This document shows positions 1 through 8,880 of a DNA stretch of 64,000 bases, one piece after another (the first letter of the stretch is position 1; every line of letters starts with the position of its first letter). A model generated the notes under the pieces. The model ran no database searches and had not been told where the DNA came from. It saw only the letters and a program-made list of their open reading frames with translations. The stretch comes from a virus. Its lineage: Duplodnaviria > Caudoviricetes. The translations under genes and the position numbers were made by a program. The stretch spans positions 32,001 to 96,000 of the IMG/VR virus record IMGVR_UViG_3300017909_004107; one strand, given 5' to 3'.

Positions 1-85
1 TTGATCTTACAAAATCAGATGAAGAATTTCTATCATTAGCGAAAGAAGGTAGTAAAATATCCGGAAACTCGTCGAAATATGCCAT
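1..85 (-). CDS. gp53: Baseplate wedge protein gp53, N-terminal fragment (runs off the left edge)
   Basis: Own translation MAYFDEFPDILLPSFANDRNSSSDFVRS; ATG overlaps the gp48 stop; gp48-gp53 order is typical of T4-like cyanophages. Confidence 0.7.
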   Translation of the reverse strand, partial: MAYFDEFPDILLPSFANDRNSSSDFVRS

Positions 86-1974
86 TAGAATCCTGTATCC
101 TCTTGTGTAATTGACTCAAATGCACCTTCACCTTTTTTATTTCTAAACTCATCACTAAATCCGCCAAGTCCAGACTGACTACCGGGGACTTCTGTTTGTT
201 CAAATTCAGAACGATAATCATTTTCAAATATTGGTGTCAATTCAGTGAAATTTAGATTCATAATAGTTCTAACTGGCGATGATCCTGCTTTTGTGTCTTC
301 GTATGATTGATATAAATTATCTGGAGCATAATTTATTTCACAAGTAGTCAAAGCACATATTTTATGTATTGGTAAACCCTTAATTCTGTCTCTTTGTTTT
401 GTTCTATATCTTATTCGGAATACATTTGGAGATCCTAAAAATATAAGATTTTCATTATTTCTCTTTGGTGCCATTCCCTGTTTAAAAAATCTTTGAATTT
501 TTCTCATAATGGAACCATCTAATTCATCATTAGGGGCAAAATTAAATGAAAATGTGAAACTTCTTAATTTTGGACCATTGAACAGGAGTTCTAAATTTGG
601 GTTGATTGATTGACCTACTCCTCTTTGAATAAATTGATTAGCATCAACGTTTATACCTATTCTTCCTAATGCAAACTGTGAAGCAAATGATGATAAGAGT
701 AGTCCTGCCGGTTGGGTTGAAGACAATTCGCCACCCTTTATATCATTCAAAAATTGTCCTAAATTATTTTTAACATTACCTGCTAAATCTTTTATGTCTC
801 CTCCTATTGCTTCTGCAATTGATGCATTTGCAGTCATAAATGCTGCTGCTTCCACTGCATTTATTCTACCATCTCCCCAAGAAACACCATTTGAAAAACT
901 TAGATTATTAGGAATTGGCAATCTGACGGCACCAATATATCGTTTTATATTTGAAGTTCTTCTGAGTCCTGTTAGATTAAGAGTTGAATCTCTTCCTTCT
1001 TTAGAAAAAATATGACTTTGTGAACCTTGATACTCAAACATCTCTATCACTATGTGATCTTGCCCTGCTAAATCATGAGTACCATAAACAGCATCGTGTG
1101 GGTATTTTAGTGAGATTATACCGGCATCAGTTAATGAACTACTAAAAGAATTTTTGAACTGTTCTGGTGCACTGTCAAAGGTGGTAATTATTTCTGAATA
1201 GTTTTTATTAAGTGGATTATTATCGTTATTATCATCGACATCTTTAAATTTCTTAACATTAAAAGTTTCATCAAAACTTTCTTCATAAAAATTCAGGTAA
1301 TCATCTTCATCACTAAAGTTATCCGATAGATATTCGGGGGTATATCGCCCGAATGTGTTACTGTCAGGTAAACCATAATCATTGTGATTTACATTTCTAT
1401 TTACTATCTCCTCAAATCTTTCACCAATATCTTCATTATTTGCTTTTAGTTTTTCTATTAATTCATCTTTATCTAAATCTGCTTTAGTAGCATATGCATC
1501 GAGTTGCATTAATTGATTATGTACAGCGAGAGTAAAGTTATCGTGATTTTTTAATTTTTTGTAAATATTACGTCCTATTGCATCATCACCTTCCCCTTGA
1601 TATGTGCCTGCCCCCAAACCAGTAAAAAAACTTGAAAGTCTGGTATTTCTAAAACCATACTTAGCATCTAATTTCCCAAAATCAGGACTTTCAGGATCTA
1701 AAATTATTCTAGCTTCATATCTCTGGGCATCCTCTCCTCCATTTGCTTTATTTCCTGATATTTGTAATCCGAGTTTTTCTGGCATTCCTCCACTAACATT
1801 TATACCATCTATAAATCCATCATCATGTATTTCATCATCATTTGCGATGTATAAATCAATGATTCCGTTGGGTTTAAAATCAACATTTTCTTCTGCCCAC
1901 TTATCATATGCTTTATCAAGACCCGGCCACATCGGAAGATTCCCGGAATAGTCTACATTCTCGTGCCAACTCAT
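85..1974 (-). CDS. gp48: Baseplate tail-tube cap gp48 with long N-terminal extension
   Basis: C-terminal half has gp48-like motifs (LPIPNNL, INPNLELLFNGPKLRSFTFSFNFAP, SPNVFRIRY, CALTTCEINYAPD, LNFTELTPI). Confidence 0.85.
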   Translation of the reverse strand: MSWHENVDYSGNLPMWPGLDKAYDKWAEENVDFKPNGIIDLYIANDDEIHDDGFIDGINVSGGMPEKLGLQISGNKANGGEDAQRYEARIILDPESPDFGKLDAKYGFRNTRLSSFFTGLGAGTYQGEGDDAIGRNIYKKLKNHDNFTLAVHNQLMQLDAYATKADLDKDELIEKLKANNEDIGERFEEIVNRNVNHNDYGLPDSNTFGRYTPEYLSDNFSDEDDYLNFYEESFDETFNVKKFKDVDDNNDNNPLNKNYSEIITTFDSAPEQFKNSFSSSLTDAGIISLKYPHDAVYGTHDLAGQDHIVIEMFEYQGSQSHIFSKEGRDSTLNLTGLRRTSNIKRYIGAVRLPIPNNLSFSNGVSWGDGRINAVEAAAFMTANASIAEAIGGDIKDLAGNVKNNLGQFLNDIKGGELSSTQPAGLLLSSFASQFALGRIGINVDANQFIQRGVGQSINPNLELLFNGPKLRSFTFSFNFAPNDELDGSIMRKIQRFFKQGMAPKRNNENLIFLGSPNVFRIRYRTKQRDRIKGLPIHKICALTTCEINYAPDNLYQSYEDTKAGSSPVRTIMNLNFTELTPIFENDYRSEFEQTEVPGSQSGLGGFSDEFRNKKGEGAFESITQEDTGF

Positions 1975-2366
1975 TATTGATACCTCGCTATATTTACCGG
2001 CATTTCAATACCACCTAGAACTCTCACAAATTCTGATAATGATAAACTAAATGCTTTTTCCCAATCTGACATAGGAACTTCTGAAAAATTCGACCTTACG
2101 TATCCGTAGAGATATTTATGGTATCCTGTGATGACTGTTGGATCATTATTATCATCAATATATCTCATAATTGCCATTCTATTTGCCGGTTTTGTGTAAT
2201 GAAGGTTTATACCATAAAAAGCACCTGATTCTGTTGCTAGAACATAGCATAAAGGGTGTTTATCGTAGAAAGGAAGTGTTTCTTTATACTTTGCAGAGTA
2301 TCTGAACAATAAAAGTTTGCCCGGGCTGACCGTTGAAGGTTGAGTGTTGAGTAGACTAGATGCCAA
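1974..2366 (-). CDS. gp2: DNA end protector gp2-like protein (short)
   Basis: PGKLLLFRYSAKYKETLPFYDKHPL...FYGINLHY resembles T4 gp2; adjacent to gp4. Confidence 0.65.
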   Translation of the reverse strand: MASSLLNTQPSTVSPGKLLLFRYSAKYKETLPFYDKHPLCYVLATESGAFYGINLHYTKPANRMAIMRYIDDNNDPTVITGYHKYLYGYVRSNFSEVPMSDWEKAFSLSLSEFVRVLGGIEMPVNIARYQ

Positions 2367-2790
2367 GTTCTTTCTCCGTGATTATTTGAAAATTCCATTT
2401 ACGATCTTGACAGAATGACTTTGCTGCCTCCCATTTTGCTTGATTTTTAGCAAATTCATATACCTCTGCTATGTATTTTTTAGTTCTTTTTTTCTGTATC
2501 GTAGGACCTTTGACCTGTTTTTCAGGTTTTACCTCAATTAGTCTTTCCTCTATTTTGCCAGTAGAACTCTTCATCTTGACATAAAAATCTGGAAAATATC
2601 TATGATAACGATTGTCAATTGGTGATTTGTATGGTATTACTACCTCTTCACTAGACCATTTTAATATATTCACATTACCATCACACCAACGCATGAATTT
2701 CAGTTCCCATAAAGACCTGTATATCACCTTTGTGGGATCACCTTTGTATTTTGTGGGGTTGGAAGGTCTAAACTTCCCCTTATATGACAT
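2356..2790 (-). CDS. gp4: Head completion nuclease gp4
   Basis: MSYKGKFRPSNPTKYKGD, YRSLWELKFM, WSSEE, RYFPDF, IEVKP. Confidence 0.92.
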   Translation of the reverse strand: MSYKGKFRPSNPTKYKGDPTKVIYRSLWELKFMRWCDGNVNILKWSSEEVVIPYKSPIDNRYHRYFPDFYVKMKSSTGKIEERLIEVKPEKQVKGPTIQKKRTKKYIAEVYEFAKNQAKWEAAKSFCQDRKWNFQIITEKELGI

Positions 2791-2818
2791 ACATAGTATA
2801 CACTGTCAATATATTTAG

Positions 2819-3613
2819 ATGTCTAATCCAAGAGTTTTCTCAAAAGATAGATTTTATCTGAGAACAGAGGAATTATATAATCTTGGTGGTTTCGATAACG
2901 CTCTCCCTGCTTTCAATAATGTCTATGATGTTTACATCAACTTCAATACGGGTGTTGGAGACCCAAGTTTAATGGAATTTATCAAGCAACATGTCTTGAT
3001 ACCATCCAATAATATAATGAATGAACCGGGTGATAATTTAGCATTGTTCTGTTCAGAAGCAATTTTACCGGGAACACAGGTTCAAACTGCATCAGTCAGT
3101 GGGTTGAGGCAGGGTATTACTCAAAATTATGCAGTTTATAGAAGATATCCTGATTTTAATCTTACATTCTATTCTCAGAAAGACTACTATACTCAAGATG
3201 TATTCAATGCATGGGTAGATTATATCTCTCCAATGCAAATTGAGAATCAGGTGCATGGTGGAGTTGATGGAATAAGATCAAGAGACAATACTTTTAGAAA
3301 TATGAAATATCCAAGAACTTATAAGTGTGAGATAGAGATAACCTCATTCAGTTCTGATTTTCTAATGCCTGAGTCGAGACTGTCAACAGAACGTGAAGTA
3401 GATAAAAGAACACCCTATTTTATTACATATTATATGAAAAATGCTTTTCCTTCAAATATTATCGCTGCTCCACTTGCCTATGGTAATGCAGAATTGATAA
3501 AAACAACTGTAAGTTTCAAATACGATTACTTTACTATCAATAGAGGTGCTAGAACTTCTGATGAAGATAGAGTAATCAAGCAAAAAGCAAGGAATTATAT
3601 AAGTCCCTTTTGA
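2819..3613 (+). CDS. Baseplate tail-tube initiator gp54-like (gp19 fold)
   Basis: LFCSEAILPG, FNAWVDYI, NAFPSNI, VSFKYDYF resemble the tail-tube fold; lies between gp4 and gp26. Confidence 0.6.
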   Translation: MSNPRVFSKDRFYLRTEELYNLGGFDNALPAFNNVYDVYINFNTGVGDPSLMEFIKQHVLIPSNNIMNEPGDNLALFCSEAILPGTQVQTASVSGLRQGITQNYAVYRRYPDFNLTFYSQKDYYTQDVFNAWVDYISPMQIENQVHGGVDGIRSRDNTFRNMKYPRTYKCEIEITSFSSDFLMPESRLSTEREVDKRTPYFITYYMKNAFPSNIIAAPLAYGNAELIKTTVSFKYDYFTINRGARTSDEDRVIKQKARNYISPF

Positions 3614-3645
3614 ACTGCTAAATAAAGCCACTGAAGTAAATAATT

Positions 3646-4368
3646 ATGCCATTACCAAAGGTTTCAACACCGGTATTTGAATTAGATCTAATTTCATCAA
3701 ACAAAAAGATAAAATATAGACCTTTCCTTGTAAAAGAAGAGAAATCTTTACTTATAGCATTGGAAAGTGGTGAGGAGAAAACAATTCTCAACACTCTAAA
3801 GAATGTACTCAAGTCATGTGTTATCTCTCGTGTGAAGATAGACGAACTTCCTAGTTTTGATTTAGAATTTCTATTTTTGAATATAAGAGGTAAATCTGTC
3901 GGCGAATCTGTGGAGTTGTTGGTCACTTGTGAGGATGACGGGGAGACTCAAGTCCCTTTGACCATACAAATGTCTGACATCAAATTAGATATTCCAGATG
4001 AACACTCAGATACTATAGACTTGGGAGATGACTTACATCTTAAGATGAAATACCCATCTTTTAGTCAATTTGCTGAGAATAATTTCTTTCCATCTAAAGT
4101 GAAAGATGATTTACTTGACAAAGCATTTGGAAATGTTGTTGATTGTATAGATCAAATTTACAACTCAGACGAAGCATGGTCAGGATCTGATTGCACAAAG
4201 AAAGAATTAATGGACTTTATTGAGCAATTGAGTTCTTCTCAGTTTCAAAAAATTGAAGAATTCTTTACAAGTATGCCCAAACTGGTTTATAAAACCACTG
4301 TGACAAATCCTAATACTAAAAAGGATAACAAAATTGTAATTGAGGGTTTATCAAATTTTTTCGCATAA
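3646..4368 (+). CDS. gp26: Baseplate hub subunit gp26
   Basis: MPLPKVSTP, KYRPFLVKEEK, FLNIRGKSVGE, FFTSMPKL, IEGLSNFF. Confidence 0.92.
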   Translation: MPLPKVSTPVFELDLISSNKKIKYRPFLVKEEKSLLIALESGEEKTILNTLKNVLKSCVISRVKIDELPSFDLEFLFLNIRGKSVGESVELLVTCEDDGETQVPLTIQMSDIKLDIPDEHSDTIDLGDDLHLKMKYPSFSQFAENNFFPSKVKDDLLDKAFGNVVDCIDQIYNSDEAWSGSDCTKKELMDFIEQLSSSQFQKIEEFFTSMPKLVYKTTVTNPNTKKDNKIVIEGLSNFFA

Positions 4369-4550
4369 TGATGTATCATGAGTCTTTATCAAATTTTATG
4401 GAGACAACTTTCGCTTTAGTGCAACATCATAACTGGAGCATCACTGAGATAGAGAACATGGTACCGTGGGAGAAGCAAACTTATGTAAAAATGCTTCAAA
4501 ACTTCATCGAGAAACGTAATTTAGAAAACCAACAAGCAAAGAATGCTTAA
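4368..4550 (+). CDS. gp51: Baseplate hub assembly catalyst gp51
   Basis: FALVQHHNWSITEIENMVPWEKQTYV; directly follows gp26. Confidence 0.88.
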   Translation: MMYHESLSNFMETTFALVQHHNWSITEIENMVPWEKQTYVKMLQNFIEKRNLENQQAKNA

Positions 4551-5832
4551 TCCGGGACAAAAAATGGTGATGATAGGGGGCATGATGATCCCTGAAGGTT
4601 TAGTAATACCTCAAAATTCTATGATACCAAATAGAATAAAAGAGGATGAAAAAACTAAACCAAAACCTTTAGATGTCAAACCATTGTCTCAGAGAATGAG
4701 TATTGCCTATGATAATATTGCTAATAATGAAAAAGAAGGAAAAGAGTTATCACCCAAATATGTTGTTGCATTAGGTAAGTTAGTACTAGAAATAGAACAG
4801 GTAAAAAATAATTTACAAAGTATAGCACAGGAAGTTCAGGCATCAAATAGGAAGAAAAAGGAACTTGATGATCAAGAACTTAAACTATTAGAGGATGAGA
4901 AAGATAGACTAACAGCACTAGGAGCATCTTTTAGAGGTTTTAGAAGGAGACTTGGCGGTATTACTGCTCTCATAGCAGGAAAACAATTTTTAGAGGGTGA
5001 TATTAGTGGAGGAATACAGAATGCCTCCATAGCAGTGGGTGCTCTCTTACCAGATATTGTAAGACTCACAAGTGGTGTGGTTTTAGGTGGAATGCTTAGA
5101 GGTGGTGGTGGAAGAGGAGTAGTAGCACCAAGAGGAGGTGGTAGAGGAAGTTTATTGCCATTGTTATTAGGTGGCGGTGGTTTATTAGGTTTAGGTTCAT
5201 TCTTAGGTTCAAGAGGTAGTGGTGATCAGAGAAGAATTGAATTGACAAAGAGAGAGGCATTTCCACAATTGCTATCACAAAATGATGTTAAAAGATTTAG
5301 ATTAACAACAGATAGATTTGACAATATTTTATCCAATGTCAACAATAATAAATTAAATATAACAACTAGTCCTTTTACTTCCGGAGTGGTAGAGGATGTA
5401 AAATTACCTCCAACTGTGGGTGAATCTGTTGGAGATGACAAAGATAAAATTCTTAATTTTTTAGGTGTAGGTGATAAAGAAGAATCTGATGAAGAAGAAA
5501 CAGAATCTTTGAATACAGATAATATTGAAAGGGAAACAGATCCTTTTGTTGACAACTATATGAACATGTTTAATATACAACCGTTATTTCTTAATTCTCT
5601 TCCTCAAGATCTAACAAACGATGATCTCGCATTTTTAGATGATGATACTATGGGTGAAAATATAAATGTATTTGATTTTGGTGGTGATGATGACGGACAG
5701 AATAATAAGATGGAAGGAGTAAAATATTCACCACAATTAGTATCAAGTAGTAATATATCTGTAAATCCTGAATTCAGTGACAATAGTAAAATAAGTTATA
5801 TTCTACAATATGGTGGAGGGGCAGTAGTATGA
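4543..5832 (+). CDS. Hub/tape-measure-like protein 1
   Basis: Coiled-coil N-terminus, Gly-rich hydrophobic middle, acidic C-terminus; position after gp51. Confidence 0.45.
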   Translation: MLNPGQKMVMIGGMMIPEGLVIPQNSMIPNRIKEDEKTKPKPLDVKPLSQRMSIAYDNIANNEKEGKELSPKYVVALGKLVLEIEQVKNNLQSIAQEVQASNRKKKELDDQELKLLEDEKDRLTALGASFRGFRRRLGGITALIAGKQFLEGDISGGIQNASIAVGALLPDIVRLTSGVVLGGMLRGGGGRGVVAPRGGGRGSLLPLLLGGGGLLGLGSFLGSRGSGDQRRIELTKREAFPQLLSQNDVKRFRLTTDRFDNILSNVNNNKLNITTSPFTSGVVEDVKLPPTVGESVGDDKDKILNFLGVGDKEESDEEETESLNTDNIERETDPFVDNYMNMFNIQPLFLNSLPQDLTNDDLAFLDDDTMGENINVFDFGGDDDGQNNKMEGVKYSPQLVSSSNISVNPEFSDNSKISYILQYGGGAVV

Positions 5833-7358
5833 ACATAGGTGTGTTGCTGAATAGAAGAAGTTTACTAGTATCATCAGCACAAAAACTTAACACCCTTATA
5901 AGGACTAGTAATAGAGCACAGATAATTGCAAAATCATTTTTACTAAGCAAAAAGAAAGAATTAAGTGATACAAGAGCAAAAGCATTTTCTTCCTTAAAAC
6001 GACAGAGTAAAGATGATAATGCTAATTTACTGGAAATAGGTGCCGGTATAGGTGGTGGGGCATCACTTTTGAGAAAAGGTAAACCAAAAGTAACCAAAGG
6101 AATTGGAAAATTAAAAGGATTAGGAAGACTAAGTAGAACAAATGTTTTATTGAATACTGCTTTTACTGCTGCAGATTTCATGGGACGAAAGAGTTCAGGT
6201 CAAACAAATCTACAGGCAGGGGTAGGAGCAGGAGCAGGATTGTTAGGTGGTCTTGGAGGATTTACTGCAGGTGCTAAGATAGGAGCATCTATAGGAGCAC
6301 TCGGAGGACCAGTTGGAATTGCTATAGGTGGTTTGTTAGGTGGTGCTGTAGGTAGTTTTGCCGGATCATCACTTGCAAGTGGTGCTGCAGACAGAGCAAC
6401 CGGTGTTACGGGATCAAATTTTAGAAGAAGAGAATTAGAAAGACAAGAAGTAAGAATTAATAAAAGAACTGAGTTTACAGTAGGTTTAGACAGTTTTGAT
6501 AAGGCACTTGATAAATTTAGAAAATATGATGAAGATTTGAAAGCATTTATATTACGTGCCACAGGTAGAGATAAAGATAATCAAGCACTTAAACCTTTCC
6601 TATTAGGTCCTTTTGGTCGTGGTGGTGCTACTCAAAGCGATGTAGATAAAGCATATAGTAGAGGTATCAGTACAGGTGTATATAGAACAGTGGGTGCAGT
6701 TATTATAGGTGCAGCAGTGATAAAGGCAGGTGGATTAATTCTTACTAAAAAATTCCTATTAAGTTTGCTAAAAGGTACACTCGCTAAAAAGATTTTAGGA
6801 AAGAAATTTCAATTTGGTCTAATGAAAGGAAAGGTTTTTCCTTCAAAACCAATCCAATTTCGTAAGGGGGGAATACTTAAAAAGAAAACCCCTGTTAAAG
6901 TCAAATCCAAAGTAACAAAAGGTGGAACAAAACCCGGAAAAAAGAAAATTCTGAGAGCTCAGGATCAAGTTACATATTCAGATGAAACAGGTAAAATAAT
7001 CAAAAAATATGATCAGAATAGACCAAAATTTGAACGTATAAAAAATAAATCCACAAATGAAGATGTACAGAATATTATTAGGAAAGGAAATCAACTAGAC
7101 TTACTAAACAAAAAATTAAATAAACAAACAATAATTAAGAATCAGAGAATAATAAAGAAATATCAAAAGAATAGAGTAATACAGAAAAACTTATTCAGAA
7201 AAAAAGAGAACTTTGATACTAATAATAAAGATATAACTGATGTTAGGATTATTAATGAGGGAAATAATGGAAATAATATAGCATTCAATTCTGATACAGA
7301 AGATCCCTACTTAGGCACAATAAATACCATCAAGGCATATAGTGAGTTGACAGTATAA
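5829..7358 (+). CDS. Hub/tape-measure-like protein 2
   Basis: Long glycine zipper (GAGAGLLGGLGG...GAKIGASIGALGGPVG) and Lys-rich C-terminus; ATGA overlap with the previous gene. Confidence 0.45.
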   Translation: MNIGVLLNRRSLLVSSAQKLNTLIRTSNRAQIIAKSFLLSKKKELSDTRAKAFSSLKRQSKDDNANLLEIGAGIGGGASLLRKGKPKVTKGIGKLKGLGRLSRTNVLLNTAFTAADFMGRKSSGQTNLQAGVGAGAGLLGGLGGFTAGAKIGASIGALGGPVGIAIGGLLGGAVGSFAGSSLASGAADRATGVTGSNFRRRELERQEVRINKRTEFTVGLDSFDKALDKFRKYDEDLKAFILRATGRDKDNQALKPFLLGPFGRGGATQSDVDKAYSRGISTGVYRTVGAVIIGAAVIKAGGLILTKKFLLSLLKGTLAKKILGKKFQFGLMKGKVFPSKPIQFRKGGILKKKTPVKVKSKVTKGGTKPGKKKILRAQDQVTYSDETGKIIKKYDQNRPKFERIKNKSTNEDVQNIIRKGNQLDLLNKKLNKQTIIKNQRIIKKYQKNRVIQKNLFRKKENFDTNNKDITDVRIINEGNNGNNIAFNSDTEDPYLGTINTIKAYSELTV

Positions 7359-8656
7359 TGAGTTATTCAAAGGGAGCAAAGATAGAGTTTTTTACTGTCA
7401 GAACACCAGATGACAAAGAAGAATTTGTAATCACAGAACAATTAGGACCAATTCAGTTTTATGAAGACATGATAGATGCTTCATTCCATGTCGAGGTCAT
7501 GGTGTTTGATACTGCAGGAAAGTTGCATGGTATACCTATAAGGAGTGGATCAAAAGTATTTTTTCGTATAAAGACTCCTTCTGGTATTATTGACTTTGGA
7601 AAAGAACCATTATTTATTAGTAATATCAAGACTTCTGGTAGTACTTCTAAAAAGGAATTCTTCGTAATGCAACTTGAGTCTAAAGGCACATTCCATAATC
7701 ATTTTACTAGACTTTACGAACGTTATGATGAAAAAGCGGATGTATTAATCAAGAAGTTTTTGAAGGATACCTTAGATATATCAGATGATAAAGTATTAGA
7801 TGAAAATTTCGAGAAACCAAGAAATAAAATATCTTTTTGTGGTAATTATAAGAGACCATTACAAACATGTGTAAGTCTGGCAACAAAATCTATACCTGAG
7901 ATTGGAACTCAACAAAATCTAACAAGAGGTGGATCTGGATTTTTCTTTTGGGAAACTATAAGAGGATATAAGTTTAGAAGTCCTGATGGTATTTTTAGTC
8001 AAATAAAGGAAGATAAAGATAGTATACCGGAATATCAAAAGGTGGCATCATTCAATGCACTAGACCCAGAAAATGACTTTCATATTGTTAATGAACCTTC
8101 ATGGTCTAATAATGATAATTTATTAGAAAAATTATCACTAGGTCAGTATTCTGCATATAATACTTTCTTTGATATCAATACAAGAAAACATGTAGTAGCA
8201 TATAGGGGTACAGAAGGGATACATGAGTATAAACCAAAATCTCAGGAAGAATCTGGTGTAAATGCTACAATGCTATCGAATGAACAACCATTTGTTCCTG
8301 AATTTTTCACTGATAAACCCTCAAGAATGATGTTATCTTTTATAGATAAGGGAACTTACACAAATGACTTGACTACACCACAGGAGCATGTATTATATGA
8401 AGCAAAGAGGCAATCACGTTATGCTGCACTCTTTTCACAAACACTTGTGATTACGGTGCCTATGAACGTACAGTTATCCGCAGGTTCTGTGGTAAAGGTC
8501 AAATTTCCTCGAATAAATATAGACAAATCCAATAGCAATAGTAACAATCCTGCTAGTGGATACTATATGATTAAATCATTGTCTCATCAACTAGGATCTC
8601 AAGGTGATTTTACCGGACTGAAATTAGTTAGAGACGCTTATTCTAAATTAACATGA
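7358..8656 (+). CDS. Baseplate hub protein (gp27-like)
   Basis: FYED, GFFFWETIRGYKF, ITVPMNVQLSAGSVV, SGYYMIKSLSH; upstream of gp5. Confidence 0.6.
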   Translation: MSYSKGAKIEFFTVRTPDDKEEFVITEQLGPIQFYEDMIDASFHVEVMVFDTAGKLHGIPIRSGSKVFFRIKTPSGIIDFGKEPLFISNIKTSGSTSKKEFFVMQLESKGTFHNHFTRLYERYDEKADVLIKKFLKDTLDISDDKVLDENFEKPRNKISFCGNYKRPLQTCVSLATKSIPEIGTQQNLTRGGSGFFFWETIRGYKFRSPDGIFSQIKEDKDSIPEYQKVASFNALDPENDFHIVNEPSWSNNDNLLEKLSLGQYSAYNTFFDINTRKHVVAYRGTEGIHEYKPKSQEESGVNATMLSNEQPFVPEFFTDKPSRMMLSFIDKGTYTNDLTTPQEHVLYEAKRQSRYAALFSQTLVITVPMNVQLSAGSVVKVKFPRINIDKSNSNSNNPASGYYMIKSLSHQLGSQGDFTGLKLVRDAYSKLT

Positions 8657-8880
8657 AAAGTATAGAAGATCACATAGCACACGACAAAGAGATCATTTCT
8701 GATCCAATTGCCAGTCCTGCTGCTAGAAGACATGCAAAAGAAGAATTGCAAGAGTTAGAAGAGTATGCAGAGCATCACAAAGATGAGATTGCTGCAGGGG
8801 ATCATCATGATCCTAATGCACTCGAATTATTTTGTGATTTGCACCCAGATGAACCTGAATGTTTAGTATACGACGACTAA
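8653..8880 (+). CDS. cp12: CP12 Calvin-cycle inhibitor (auxiliary metabolic gene)
   Basis: C-terminal LELFCDLHPDEPECLVYDD, the CP12 C-terminal Cys pair; phage-type N-terminus MKSIEDHI. Confidence 0.92.
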   Translation: MKSIEDHIAHDKEIISDPIASPAARRHAKEELQELEEYAEHHKDEIAAGDHHDPNALELFCDLHPDEPECLVYDD

